NCBI RefSeq assembly: GCF_006345805.1 | Contig: NC_042998.1 | Location: 123,938,001 to 124,002,000 of the forward strand | From: Octopus sinensis | Taxonomy: Eukaryota | Direction: 5' to 3' | DNA: 64,000 bases | Part shown: one piece after another, positions 27,095-40,877 of the stretch | Numbering within the stretch: the first letter of the stretch is position 1 | Layout of the letters: every line of letters begins with the position of its first letter | Translations under genes and position numbers: made by a program | The notes under the pieces: generated by a model | What the model was told of the DNA's origin: nothing | Databases searched by the model: none | The model's input: the letters and a program-made list of their open reading frames with translations, nothing else

Positions 27095-28145
27095 TATACA
27101 TATATATATATATATATAAACACACACACACACACACACACACATATGGATGTGCAAGGAAATATGTGTAAATGTATTTCTCTATTGACTCAAAGAAACA
27201 CATCAGTCGAAATAAACGTTTGTGTATGTCAATGCAGGTGGATTATGTGTGTGTGTGTGTGTGCGTGTGTTTATATGCGTCTTTACATGATTATGGATTT
27301 AAAATTATTCGTTAAAATACGTATTTTTGTAGATAGGAATCACAATATTCTGCTGTCTATTATCAACATTTCGACATTTTTGATCATTTCAGTGACATTC
27401 GTAAATAATGCAAGCAAGAAATAAGAAAAAAGAAAAAAAAAGGAATCGATTGGAAACTGCCAAAGCTTTCTGAAACATTGTGAAATCTTGTATAATTGCA
27501 GTCTGTCACGCAAATCTTTAGTTCTATTTCGCAATGACTTACGACTACGAAGTTGCATGTACTTCGCATAACGGTCTTTCACAATATAAAACTGAAGGTA
27601 AATGTATGCTAACTAATGTTTATATTAACGAAAAAGCAATCACTAGTTAAACTTAATATTCTGCCGGCTTTCAAAGATCTCACTTATTTCACGTCAGCTT
27701 TTAGTAATAAGTCAGTATTCGAAGTCATATTTCCTGCCAAATATATACCATCCTAAATCCTCTGAATTATATGAACTACATCACGTTATCATTATTGAAA
27801 TATTATTGCTATTTATTATTATCATTATTTTGGTTTGGTTCAAGTTCAGTCTTATTCCTGATAGGATTTATGTGGGTAACGAGTTACTACCTGTAATCTT
27901 ATGTGTCCACAAGTTTTCAGCTGTCTTTCAAGTGCATAGAAACCTCTTGATAGCCCTTGATGTTATCTAAGAGACAAACGTTCTGTAGGAACTCTACCGG
28001 GCATTCTATTTCAATCTCCTTCAGCCATTTGTCTATATGTTGGCTTACTATTCCCAACGCACCAATTGTTATAAGCACAACCTTTACTGTTCGCATGTTC
28101 CTGGGAGCATGGTGGGTCGATAAGTAAGCAACTTCGCTTTTCTTT

Positions 28146-28411
<266 letters not shown>

Positions 28412-28413
<2 letters not shown>

Positions 28414-28585
28414 TATTCTGTTGTGCCTGAGAAGAGTCATTTTTGTGCCTTATAATTTAACACACTCACCGGTAAAATCTCCACTTATTTCTTATTTTTA
28501 TTTTCCTAAAACTTTCTTTGCGTCTTGGAACCTTTTCAATAGTCTTGACTATTGAAAAGATTGCAAGACGTAACGAAAATTTGAA
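28412..28585. mobile_element. PLE terminal-repeat-like fragment with an inverted end
   Basis: Homologous to 2880-3010; palindrome centred on AATAGTC-TT-GACTATT (28538-28553). Confidence 0.7.
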
Positions 28586-28895
28586 AGAGATGTAACTACT
28601 CTTTAGATCATGCCGAATAACCTCTCAGAGAGTCCATAGCTCACTTGTAATCTTCTTCGGTGGACAGGATCAGCGTATGAAAACCCAAAATCGTCCTTCT
28701 CTAGCCAGTTTTTAACATTGTTATTTTGCCACTAGCTAGGTAATGTTCTCTAGCCACAGGAACCGAGAGGGGTGGATTGGTTGGCAGGCTGTAGTTGCTT
28801 ATTGTGTTGTTGATGTTGTTGTAGTTGTTATTTTGGCTTTGTCTGGACAGCCTTCTACCGCCGTTGTCAATTACTGCCTGTACTGTTGGATCTAT

Positions 28896-28940
<45 letters not shown>

Positions 28941-29099
28941 ATGTGGCTTTGTATCCCTGTGCTATCAGGAAACAAAAGAGGCGTCACACCCTTGCGGTCA
29001 GCAGAGGTCAAATATGTTTACTAATGCTAGCGATAAATGAGAGAGCTGAGCTTGACATGGAAAGAACCAACTCACCTTGTGTTTTAATTACTGATAGAA

Positions 29100-29173
<74 letters not shown>

Positions 29174-29192
29174 CGATAATAATAATTATAAT
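29100..29192. repeat. (AAT)n microsatellite; (GTA)n at 28895-28940
   Basis: Seen directly. Confidence 0.95.
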
Positions 29193-29212
29193 AATATATA
29201 TATATACTCTTT

Positions 29213-29468
29213 TTTTTTACTCTTTTTACTTGTTTCAGTCATTTGACTGCGGCCATGCTGGAGCACCACCTTTAGTCGAGCACATCGACCCCAGGACTTA
29301 TTCTTTGTAAGCCTAGTACTTATACTATCGGTCTCTTATGCTGAACCGAACCGCAAAGTTACGGGGACGTAAACACATCAGCATCGGTTGTCAAGCGATG
29401 TTGGGGGGCCAAACACAGACACACAAACAAATACACACACACACACACAACACACACACACACACCAT

Positions 29469-29501
<33 letters not shown>

Positions 29502-29675
29502 CAAATATACGACGGGCTTCTTTCCGTTTCCGTCTACCAAATCCACTCACAAGGCTTTGGTCGGCCCGAGGCTATAGTAGAAGACACTTGCCCAAGGTGC
29601 CACGCAGTGGGATTGAACTTGGAACAATGTTGTTGGTAAGCAAGCTACTTACCACACAGCCACTCCAGCGCCTAT
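29213..29675 (-). mobile_element. tRNA-derived SINE (family 1), full length
   Basis: Reverse complement begins TAGGCGCTGGAGTGGCTGTGTGGTAAGTAGC, has B-box-like GTTCAATCCC and ends GACTGAAACAAGTAAAAAGAG. Confidence 0.9.
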
Positions 29676-29702
29676 GAAAAAATATGGAACGCTTCACGAT
29701 TT

Positions 29703-29739
<37 letters not shown>

Positions 29740-29869
29740 GGCTATTTACAGCATTGAATTTTTTCTTTCTTTGTATAGGTTTTGCTGTGGTTTAGTTTTC
29801 GTAATAGTGCATTTTGTATAAATTATCAGTTGCTTATCTCTACGTGTTATCGTGTGTTTAATAGTGTTT

Positions 29870-30820
29870 TTGCAATAAAAGGTATGTTTACATATTCTAA
29901 TAGTCAGGGAGAAAAGAAGGGTAAAAATTGTAGTCATCAAAGTTTTTTATATTTTCTAAAGATGATCGTTTGTGGGCATTGTTTCGATATAACTCGACAA
30001 AATCAAAACATTTTTCTTCGGGTATTTCTGTGGAAACAAATGTCAGTTAGATTCTGTTTTCTGCTTGGAAATTTGCGGATTTTACTTACATACATGAAAC
30101 AGATAAAAACAAATATGCAAGACATTTTTTCTTCAAGTTAAAAATGAGTGATTGCTGGCATAACTTCGTTGTATCTATACTCCACAACCTACGGAAATAC
30201 CCGAAGTGAAATGGTTTGATTTTGTCGAGTTATATCAAAAGAATGCCCGTTTGGTCAAACTAAAGCGCTTGACCCGGTCATAAAAACAAAAAAAAAAATA
30301 GTGTAATAGGTGTAAAACAACTTCCTCTAAACGAATATGACAAAATAAATGCGCGCTCGCGAAGGGGGGAGGCCTTGGAAAATTCACATCGTGAATTTCC
30401 GAAAGCGTCTGAAGGCCTAACCCAAGCAGAAAAAAAATAATAGTGTAATACGTGTAAAACAACTTGCTATAAATGAATATGACAAAAAAAATGCGTGACC
30501 AGAGAAAACTGAAGTGTTCTTGTAATAAAAAGGATGTTTACATTTTCGAATACTCAGGGAGAAAGGAAAGGAAAGAAAAGAAGGGTAAAATTTTCAGAGA
30601 AAATTGTACATGTTAAAGTTTTTAAATTTTCTAAAGATAATCGTTTGTATGTCTGACCAGAGAAAAATGTTTTATTCCAATAAAACGATGTTTACATTTT
30701 CGAATATTCGAGGAGAAAGGAAAATGATAAGTATCCAAAGAAAGTTGTAGATATTAAAGTCTCGAAGATTTCAAAGGTGATCGTTTGTGTGTTCGACCAG
30801 AGAAAACTGTAGATATGGAA
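29870..30820. repeat. Diverged ~140-160-bp tandem/dispersed repeats of an unclassified element
   Basis: Recurrent TTTACATTTTCGAATA...GGGAGAAA...AAAGATGATCGTTTGT...GACCAGAGAAAA at ~29890, ~30537 and ~30690; a second ~65-bp repeat at ~30290 and ~30430. Confidence 0.7.
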
Positions 30821-31024
30821 GTTTTAAACTTATTTTGAAGGAATTTTTTAAAATACTCACAGGAAATTCTAGGTATTCCAGTTTTTGAGAGTTATTTTTC
30901 AGTTATTCTGCTGGGTTGTATTTGTGTTTCTTTGTCTTCAGTTGCTGACTGGTCAGAGTAGCGAAGAACACGTCCAGCCGCTATCATGGCTGACGTGTAT
31001 TATTATTATTATTAATATTATTAT

Positions 31025-31590
31025 TGAATGAAAGAGCAGTGCATGCCATCAAAGTGACACTGGGGTAAAATATACGAAGCCCAGTATATAAGGGTACACT
31101 TGACACATGCCAAGTCTGATAAGTGTACACTTGGCACATGCATCACAACCATATGTGCGTGACATGGAGATCCCATATCAAAATAAACAGCGCATGACCT
31201 TGCAGGTGGGGCCCAGTAACAATTTTCCTCTGATCGAGTAGCCCATCCGGTTCAAAAGGTCCCTGAATAAGGGTTGTTTAAGGATGTTGAACGAAACACC
31301 AATGTTTCCAGAGGTGAATTGTTCAAATCCCAAAGAATCCCTCTCAACACATGGCTATGATGCTCTCCTACTACTTCTGCTTGTGATCAGAGATGCACAT
31401 ATCGTCAGCTACTAAGGGACATGCTCAACTTGTTTTGGTCAAACAACTGACAAGCAAATCTGTGATATTGAGCAGAATATTTGTTGTAGCCCACCTTTTA
31501 TACGAAGACAAAACAATGTACATGATAACACTTCCAATCAGCGAAGATCAGAAGCCACGAGGGCCACTGCCTGGTACTGCATCAGGATAT
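31025..31590. mobile_element. Non-coding dispersed repeat flanked by (TAA)n; second, shorter copy at 50188-50580
   Basis: GAGCAGTG...GGGTAAAATATACGAAGCCCAGTATA...GCGCATGACCTTGCA.GTGGGGCCCAGTAACAATTTT...GATCAGAGATGCACATATCGTCAGC is shared by both copies. Confidence 0.8.
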
Positions 31591-31629
31591 TATTATTGTT
31601 GTTGTTGCTGTTGTTGTTGTTATTATTCT

Positions 31630-32470
31630 GAAAGACTCTCGGATAGTTCTTAATTACTGGTTATTCTTTACTTGCAAGCAGGCAATAACGAATCATCAAA
31701 GGTTTCAAGTAGTGCCTTCTCCTGTGACTCAAAGAGACAACACTCTCCTTAGAATGTGAGCTGCACCAACACGGCTGTCTTCTGGATAACTTCGAGATTG
31801 ACAGCAGCTCCAATATTCTTAATGTTTTTCAAATCCCTTGGAAACTGCTCCTAACGCTCCAAGTACCACCGGTATCACCATTACTTTCCTCATGTCCCAT
31901 AACTTTCCTATCTCGTCCCACAGTGGCTGGTATTTCTCAATCTTTTCTCTTTCCTTACATTTCACCCTCGAATCGCCTGGTACTGCAACATCTGTTATCT
32001 CTAGTTCTTTTTCATCTTTATAGATGAGCACAATATCTGGTCGTCTCGCCTCTATGACTTGGTCGCACTGCATGTTAAAATCCCATTATTTTGTAATGTT
32101 TGTTTTCCATTACTCCCTCTGGCCTGTGTTCATACCATTTTTCGGCTCTCTCGAGGATTGTTTTACCGCACAACAGCCAATGAACATATCTTACCACGTT
32201 GGCGTATCTCTTTTTGTATTCGCGTTGTGCGAACTTAGAGCACTCACTAACAATATGGCTTGCATTTTCTCCCTTCTCAGAGCACATCCTACATTGTCGA
32301 GTCAGTGCTTTTACCAATGTGATATTTGGAGTAGTTTGTTCTGAGAGCTTGTTCTTGGGCGCTGCACATTAATGCCTCACTGGGCCCTTTTAATCTCATT
32401 TCTGCAGCTATTGCTAGGTTCTATTCCAATCAATCTCATCTTTATTCTTCAAGAGCTGACTGTGAATTTC
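31630..32470 (-). mobile_element. R4/Dong-type RLE non-LTR retrotransposon, 3' fragment
   Basis: CRMCSEKGENASHIVSEC (CCHC) and QCDQVIEARRPDIVLI...DVAVPGD...EKIEKYQPL...IPVVLGALG (PD-D restriction-like endonuclease). Confidence 0.85.
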
Positions 32471-32504
32471 CTTTATTACTATTTTTATTATTATTATTAT
32501 TATT

Positions 32505-33590
32505 GCCTTTGCACAGCTTCTAACGCTGGAGATGTACTACGGTGCCAGCTGTTCAATACCAGTTAACTAACGTAACACCCCTTATATTTGGAGCACCTTC
32601 CGGAGAATTCGGGCGGTTCCAAGCAGTGCTGTTTTCTGCAAGTGCTCCACCCTTATTACAGCCCCTATTTGTTCCACGTACTTCTCGAGATTTTTGCCCA
32701 CTGTTCCCAGGGCTCCGACAGTTATTTAGTACTACCACCACCTCTGTCATCGAGCACAACTGCTTAAGCCTCCAAGCTAAACTGTTATATCTATCGATGT
32801 CTCTTTCTTCCTTATCGCGAACCATGTTGTCAGCTGGGCATGCTATATCTATGGTTCAGCATAGCTTACTTTCTTTCACTATTTAGATCATGTCTGACTT
32901 CCTATTCTCTATCTCATGGTCGCACTGAATCAAACTCCCACAGGATCTTTGCATTATCATTTCCGATGATACCTTCGGGTTTGTGGTCGTACCAACTTTT
33001 TGCTCTGGTAAGTCCATACTTGTTGCAAAGTGTCCAATGGACAAGCCCTGCCATATTGTCGTGGCATCTCTTATATTCCTTCTGGGATAGTGACGTACAT
33101 TGGCTGGTAATATGCCATACGGTTTCACCATTTTGTCCACAAATTCTGCACGTACCACTTTCTGATGCGTTGTCTATTCTGCATTTTATGTAATTTGTTC
33201 TTAGTGCATGGTCTTGGACAGCACAGATTAGAGTCTCCGTTTGCAGTTTTGCTTGTACAGTGCTCTATCTTTGCAATGTTTCATCCTACACAAGCCTGGC
33301 CTTCTTACTTCTAATAATCGCGGTTCTATGGCATTTTTTACCTGCTATGTTAACTTCTTCTGCTCTAATGCTTTGTTTGCATCCATTAAGTCTTCTTCCC
33401 CCTCTTTTTCTTGGTACATACAGTCTGTCTGCGTCACTTTTTGGGTGGAGTCTCTCATATCTAGTTCTCAACTTTCTTGTCTTTCTGTCTAAGCTGTTTA
33501 GTTCATCTACTGTCCATGCGATTACCCCTGCTCCATATCTAAGAAGTGAAACCGCCCAGGTGTTGATAGCTTCAATCTTATTCTATCCGT
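32505..33590 (-). mobile_element. Second R4/Dong-type RLE LINE 3' fragment (different subfamily)
   Basis: RLYVPRKRGGR, an RHDN/HW-type zinc region, KEERDIDRYNSLAWRLKQL, and a QKTALLGTARIL-type end followed by a (TAA)n tail at 32470-32505. Confidence 0.8.
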
Positions 33591-34539
33591 TTAACGTCGG
33601 CTCGGTTAGTAACATAACTTTTAAGATATTATAAACAAATAGGAGACGACACATATACAGATTACCGCTGCCGTATACGCAGTAATAAACAAACCAAGCC
33701 TCATAAAAAAAAAACATGGATAGAATGACAACCCTCCACTCCACCACACTACGCAAACTTTAGATTAAATAGAGAATGAGAGAAGAATAGAGGCGATACA
33801 GATACAAACACTATGATAAATAAACCCATACACAGACGCCAAACACACATACGCATACTGAAGTCGGAATCAGAAAGAAAGACAAAAGGCAAAAACAAAT
33901 ATATAAGTAAATAGAAGAAGAAAATTAATTAATTAAATAATAAAGTACACCTGTACATACAGCTCAGTGAGCAAACGCAAATACACGCACACAAAATACA
34001 CATACTAAAGACATAGATAGTACATACAGATACAGAGGAAAACGCGTGAGCAGATAAGGATACATACGACAGAGAGGCAAACAGAACTAAGCAGAACAAG
34101 AGAACAAGAGGAGACACGTGATATACTAAGTCGCTGACGAAATAGCTATGACAAAGAAACAAAAATAAAGCTAAGTAAAGGCTAGGCATATAGCGCGTAT
34201 ATTTAACTGGCAAATTATAACCATCCCTAAGTATAATGATATCTGTTTCCTCACATGATTTCACACCAAGAATTTGGCAAAACAAACACATAAACGTAAA
34301 AAGTTATTCTTTTATAAAAATTCAGCTGTATTCCTTAATATGTCAAAACGTAATAGAAATTGCAAGAGTCCATCTAATTAAAACAAAAATCATAACTGAA
34401 AAATAATTTATTACATACATTTATGCTCATACTACATCAATAGATGTGGACTGTATGAGAGAAACATAAGTGTTAGGGATGAAATCACGAATGTGTAGTC
34501 GATATGCTACAATGAGTAATATTTACAGCAGTTTTGACT

Positions 34540-36650
34540 TTGAGAGAAAAATATATATTTCAAAAATGTATCAACCTTAGAAAACTATATCAGCTAAGCA
34601 GAGCATATAACAGACACGACACATTCAAATGAGTAAGACGAGATAATGTAAATTTGCCTCTTCAATTATCCACAATTACATTTCATCAAAAGACTCACAC
34701 ATATCAATATCCATCCTTAGACATTAGAAAGATCAGAAACGCAACAAAAATTGAAGATAGATATTTAGATAAAATCATTGAAAAATTCCACATGATATGA
34801 AATTGACGGAACTCGACTAAATCTAAAACAAAATATTCTCAATAGCTTCATCATGATCTGCTGGAGCGGTTCACTTCTTCATATATTCATGCAGCATGCA
34901 TATAAAAATAAATCATTGAAGTTAGTCATTGATCATTGTTCTCTACTTTAGACATGATTTTTTTTGAAAATTATCAAATTAGACATTAATGTTGCAAAAA
35001 TGGACTCCAAGTCAAACAGAGCAAAGAATATTGACAGGGAAACAAAAAAATATCCAGATATAACTATCCTCAATAACAAGTGGGTCAAAGTTGAGTAAAG
35101 CTTCTTGAAAAAAAGTACCAGTCAACTGACTATGTTTCAAACTCTCTCAATTACAACAATAACTATGCTGACCAATATTTACTTCTCCGTAAGACGATGC
35201 AACATAACAAAATGAAGATGTAATCATTACAATGTAATGGTTTCAAACAAGTAGCGAGAAAATAAGAAATCAAAAATTACTCATTTTGCCCGTTTACCAA
35301 TTTGAAGAAACTAAAGTCTCATCCTGTCGAATAGTCTCTCTCTATATAAACGGCAGTTTGTCTGTCTGTGTGTCTGTGTGTCTGTCAGGTTGTACCCTCA
35401 CCCTGACCACGGCTTTCAACCGATTCTGATGAAACTTGACACACACATAGCCCAATGTCATAATTCAAAACTAACGCAGCGAAAATTTTGAAAAGTTGCC
35501 CCAGTTTTGAAAATAATCGATAAATTCGACATGGGGTCGAGAATCTCAGTTTTTTATATGCAACACATTTTCTGTTGTAGTTTTCGCAACTTGCAATCGA
35601 TTTTCACCAAACTCATGGTGCAGCTTAATGTTACCATAAGAAACTTAGTTCTGACGTTAGTTTTCCATGCAATACCTTACCATCAGAAAAAATCGATAAA
35701 ATCATGCCATTTTGGGAAAGCGCGTTTTCACCCAAAGGGACAGCTAGGAACATCGTATACACAGAAGACATTGAAACCTACACATGCACCTTCGTTCCCT
35801 AGAAGGAAAGGACTAGATTGGGATTAGTCGTTGCCTACTAGGGGCTCTTACATACCCGGGCAACGCCGGGCTATGCTTCTAGTTATCTATAATAAGCAGA
35901 TCAAAGATCCAAGGTCTACATCAACACACAAACACAATATACGCTACAAGTAAAACCATTTCCCTAACTATACACAAAAAGAAATCCTTAATCTCCCACA
36001 TACTAAGGGAAGCATTACAGCGGGATCTACTACTTTCAATATATATGTTTCACAAAAGAAAATACAAAAGAACAAAAGACAAATGATCACACACACAATA
36101 AAACAGTCACATAAATATTCACTGGAAATATTACATATCCTATTACATTTGACATTACAACGAAGTAAAAGCACGCTGTGTGGAAAATTGCAAAAGAGAA
36201 AATTAAATAAAAATGAATATCACGTAAGTCCCCGTGGAAATAATCGAGAAAATAACAAAACAAAAATGTTTGTATAACAGTAAAACTACAGAAAAAAAAA
36301 CAACGCAAGAGACAAAAAGATTTGATTACGAACACGAAAATGAAATGAGAGAAATTAGCAAAAGAATAACAATAAGCCATATAAACAAATTATACAGTCT
36401 ATCTCGTAATCTAGCGAAAACTAAGAAAAAGAGAAGAAAGAATTTAACAATTTATATTAAACAAACCCAAAAGCCTCAATCCCAAATTTTCTGAAATGTA
36501 TAGTGAGAGAAAGTAGAAGATAAAACTGAAAAAACTGAAATATATTCAATCTAAAAATAACATATCACATTGCAATAAAATCAAATCATGTTTGCAGAAT
36601 GAGGCCACATAAAGCAATTTCGAAGGCGAGAGCTCTTCGTTCATCAGAAT
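34540..36650 (+). mobile_element. Heavily decayed Penelope-like element interrupted by a Helitron
   Basis: Broken-frame motifs resembling the PLE N-terminus (KCINLRKLY), the DKGN block (~35030) and an LPYIKG-like LNLPHTKG (~35990); hammerhead-like relic at 36618-36650. Confidence 0.45.
35335..35882 (+). mobile_element. Non-autonomous Helitron
   Basis: 5' TCTCTCTATATAAACGGCAG with (TGTC)-type repeats; 3' hairpin CCCGGGCAACGCCGGG (35855-35870) followed by terminal CTAG (35879-35882) and T. Confidence 0.85.
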
Positions 36651-37699
36651 AACATAAGAACGCTTTGGAGGACATTAACCCCACCACACGCACGCACGTA
36701 CACACACACACACACACACACATCACGCACACCAAATAATTAAACATGATACTCGATATCACAACAACATTGACATGAGACTCGGAAAGAACGAATGAAA
36801 AGGTTTTTGTTGGAAATAATTTGTTCTTTCTACTAAAGTAGGATGTCTAAATATTAATTTCAAAGTTAGGGGGAGGGTTAGTGTTTAAATGGTACTTATT
36901 TTATCGCCCCAAAGTATGACAGGCAACGTCGACCTTGGTGGATTTGAACTGAGAACGTGAATATAAACGAAATGCCCTAAAAACCTTTTTCCCCGATGTG
37001 CTAACGAACGGCTAATTCACTGCCTTAAAAATAGGGTTACATTACAAATCAAAAACAGTGGATGTAAAGAAATCCATTGCTAATAACAAAAATTATGAAA
37101 ATGGAAAAAACTTCTTTTTTAGAAAGAAGTAATTATAAACAAGAAGCTAAATACACCGAGGAATGACTTACATAAAAATCAAAACGACAGAAAAGTTTTC
37201 TCTCAATATACGATAAACTCGAAAGGAAAAAAAATTAAAGTGAAAGAAGATACTTCTTGAAAGGCTTTTAAAGAAAACAAATGGTCACAAAACTACTCTT
37301 TGTCCAATAAATTACTAAACTCAATCGAAAGAATGTTGGAAATCAACAGTAGCTGAAAGGTTGTGAACAAAAACTAGCAACAAAATTCAGCTTCTAGTTC
37401 TATAATACCAGCCCCTAACTAACAGTAACATAGCCCACTCTACAGAGACTGACACCACCTTTCTAGAATGGAATAAACATCAAGTACCGCTTAAGCATGC
37501 TATTTCTGGTTACCTAGTTCACATAAAGACAGCATATGCACAGATATGGAAGAATCGACAAACCGGCAAGAAGACAACAAACAAGCTACGATATCCTGAG
37601 GCGGTCCAGAATGACACGGAGATTAAGGCAAACATTTCAGATATAATTATAAGTAATTATAAAACAGAAATATTTAATGTCATGTGAACTCAGAAACTT

Positions 37700-37900
37700 C
37701 AATTAATTTCACCGCAATTTTGTAGAGAATAAAACTTCTTTAAAGAAAAACGGGCGTGACATACCTAAACTTACAATAATTGGAATTAAATGTATAATGA
37801 TGTGCAAGTATGCTGATGATGTTGGACAGATATGCTGAAGTTCTAATGGACCTAATCAGTGAAACGTAGTCTAACCAATATTTTAAAATAATTAGAGGGA
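37700..37900 (+). pseudogene. Possible LINE reverse-transcriptase remnant
   Basis: GIKCIMMCKYADD resembles the YADD block of RTE/CR1-type RTs; only this motif supports it. Confidence 0.35.
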
Positions 37901-38239
37901 ATAAAATTTGTAAATCGCTTAATCAGGAAGTATGGGTAGCACGCATTATTCTTTTCAGGGTTTCAGAAGTTCTGTGTTTAGGCAAATTCTGACAAAGTGG
38001 AGACGTAGTATGAATGACTTGAACAGAATACAGTCTACGAAATATATACAAGGGTAGGGCAAGGATGTTAAACCAAGTGACAGATTAAGTCCACTTCACA
38101 AGTCTGACACACTGGGGTCTAAACTCAAAATGCAAAGACCCGGAATAATACCACATTTTGCATTTTTAATTACTTGCTATTTCAGTCATTTAAAAACTCA
38201 ATTATGTATACCTTGCATTTAACCTTGTCTCTTTTTCTT

Positions 38240-39339
38240 TCCCAACAATGTTGGTATACAAGATTCGTACTCACAGGCGTTATGAAAATGATAACAACCA
38301 AACTATGTTGAGTGGTTTTCTTATATGCGTACAAACTGAGTCATTCTGCAGCGGAATGGTTTTGTTGACATCAGAACTGTTCAGAGATGGTTCCAAAGTT
38401 TTCGTTCAGGAGATGAAAGCCTTGAAAATAAACCAAGGGGTTGGCTAAAATCAGTTAATTAGCATGATGGATTAAAAGCTTTGGTCGAACGAAATCCGAG
38501 AACAAAAGTTCGAAAGCTTTCGTCAGAACTCCAAACATCTTGCACAACTGTTTTTGGACATCTAGTAAAAAATTGGAACAGTCAAGAAAACGGATAGGAT
38601 TGTTCCACATCAACTTAACGAGATTAAAAAAGAAACAGATGCCTCGAAGTGTGCTCCTTATTGCTTTTTCGACTGTAAAAAGACCATGTTTGCATCAAAT
38701 CATTACTTGTGATGAGAAATGGGTACTCTTTGACAACAGCAGGATAACAGGACAGTCATTAGATGCAGAAGAGTCACCTAAATGCTATCCAAAACCAACA
38801 TTGTACCCTGTATGGTAGTCTGCGAAGGGAGTTATTCATTATTCATTTTTGCAACAAGGAAAAACTGTATCAACAACATCACATTGCCAGGAAATTGATT
38901 GTATACATGAGAATTTGAAAAAGAACAACCAAGACTAGTGAATAGAGATAGCCCAATTTTGGTCCACGATAATGCACATCCTCACGCTCCTCAAGCTACT
39001 GTCCAAAAGATGCAAAGCCTGATTTATGAGATTTTGCAACATCCTCCCTTTTCCCCTGATATCTCTCCTACAGATTATGACTTATTTAAGCATTTTGAGC
39101 TTTTCATAAGCACTAAAACATTCTTACATTGAGAAGAGGTAATTGAAGCATTTGGACAGTTTATCGTAGTAAAAGAGGATTTTTTTTAAAGATGGAATAT
39201 AGGACATAGATAAAACATTGGGTAAACGTCATAAATGAACATGGATCACACTTTGATAAAATAAACTAGTTCTCTAACGCTTTTGAAACGTTTTAATGTT
39301 ACCTTTCAAATACAACGCTTCATTTGAAACAACCTAATA
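38240..39339 (+). mobile_element. Mariner (DD34D-type) transposon, decayed
   Basis: IITCDEKWVLFDN, LVHDNAHPH, HPPFSPDISPTDYDLF; right terminus TTTGAAACAACCTAATA. Confidence 0.92.
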
Positions 39340-39653
39340 TTTAGTCCTGTGCAGTAATGATTCAATCAATTGAGAGGTAGCTTATATATTCATTCCGTGA
39401 AGCTGAATAACAAAGTCAGCCCGACGTCTTTTGAACTCATATCGCAAGGAGCATGAATGTATGTCAGAAACTAATTCATTTGAAGCTTTAATACTTATGA
39501 GAGTCTGCTGCTAATTGTCGAACGCCGAAGACAATAATAGTTGTATCATAATTAGACAGTACTTTTTGTTTTAAACAATAAAATTGTCTTGAAGGATGCT
39601 GAAATATTAGTTAGAATCCTAATATGGAAAAATAGAACGAAACAAAATATTTA

Positions 39654-39885
39654 TTTCTTTATTGCCCACAGGGGGCTAAACATAGAGGGGATAAACAAGG
39701 GCAGACAAAGGGTTAAGTCGATTACATCGACCCCAGTGCGTGACTGATACTTATTCAATCGACCCCGAAAGGATGAAAGGCAAAGTCGACCTCGGCGCAA
39801 ATTGAACTCAGAACGTAACGGCAGACGAAATTCCGCTAAGCATTTCGCCCGTTGTGCTAACGATTCTGCCAGCTCGCCGCCTTAA
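39654..39885 (-). mobile_element. Family-2 (Nin/Deu-core-like) SINE, full length; further fragment at ~39990-40100
   Basis: Reverse complement matches 18768-18997 from head to tail. Confidence 0.88.
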
Positions 39886-40812
39886 CGAAGCAAAATATTG
39901 GTTTCAAATTTCGCCGTGATGCCAGCAGTTCTTGTGCAGTGGGAAACCGATTAAAACAGTATCAGTGCTCAAATAGTAATTATTTGATTCACCCCCGAAA
40001 GGATGCAAGGCGAAGTCTCCTTTGGCGGAATCAAACCTCAGACAGTGGAGACGAACGAAATGCCGCTAAACATTTTGCTCGACATGCTTACGATTTTGCC
40101 CACTAATAATTATAATGATGTTAAAAATAGAGACGTTGCCAGTTAATATCAATAATGTGCATCAAATTTGAATAGAGCGATCAAATACAATTCCACGATT
40201 GGAGGCTTCATTCTCGATGCGCAAAAGTGGATCGTGAACATTTGCAATACCGACAGACATGTATAACATACCACCATCAGCTTCAAAATGACCAAATTAA
40301 TTCCTATAATGATTAAAAATTAATTCCTAAGACAAGAAGACAAAATATACTATTTACGAAGGGGTAATTTTTATTGTAACATATGAACAGGTAGCTGAAT
40401 TCGTAACTTAAACACTTGTGTGTATTTCCACCTTGTAACATCCAAATATAGTTATAATTAAACAACGTCATTTTATGAAACAGCATAGTTGGGAAGTTAA
40501 TTTAAAGTATACATTAGAATATTTACGTAAGACTTATCACATGTTTGAAAATAATCCCTCCAAACAATAAAAAAGCATGACTGCAAACGTTGATATACGT
40601 AAAACAAACAAATATTCGTCTCAACATATTAAACATATTATACAAATGGGATTAATGCAAATGTAGTTCTTTGAAAATAATACCCTAGGATTCTATTGAA
40701 AGATACGCAGTGCGACCAATCTAGCAGTAGATAAGCTGTTAAAGCAAATAACTTTTATTTAAAAGAAAGTATATTGTAAAAATATGCTAATACAATATTA
40801 TGAAATATATTT

Positions 40813-40877
40813 AAGGCGGCGAGCTGGCAGAAACGTTTGCATGCCGGGCGAAATGCATAGCCGTATTTCGTCTGCCG
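40813..40877 (+). mobile_element. Family-2 SINE head (65 bp) abutting the Tx1-like element
   Basis: AAGGCGGCGAGCTGGCAGAAACG...GTATTTCGTCTGCCG, then homology stops abruptly. Confidence 0.85.
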
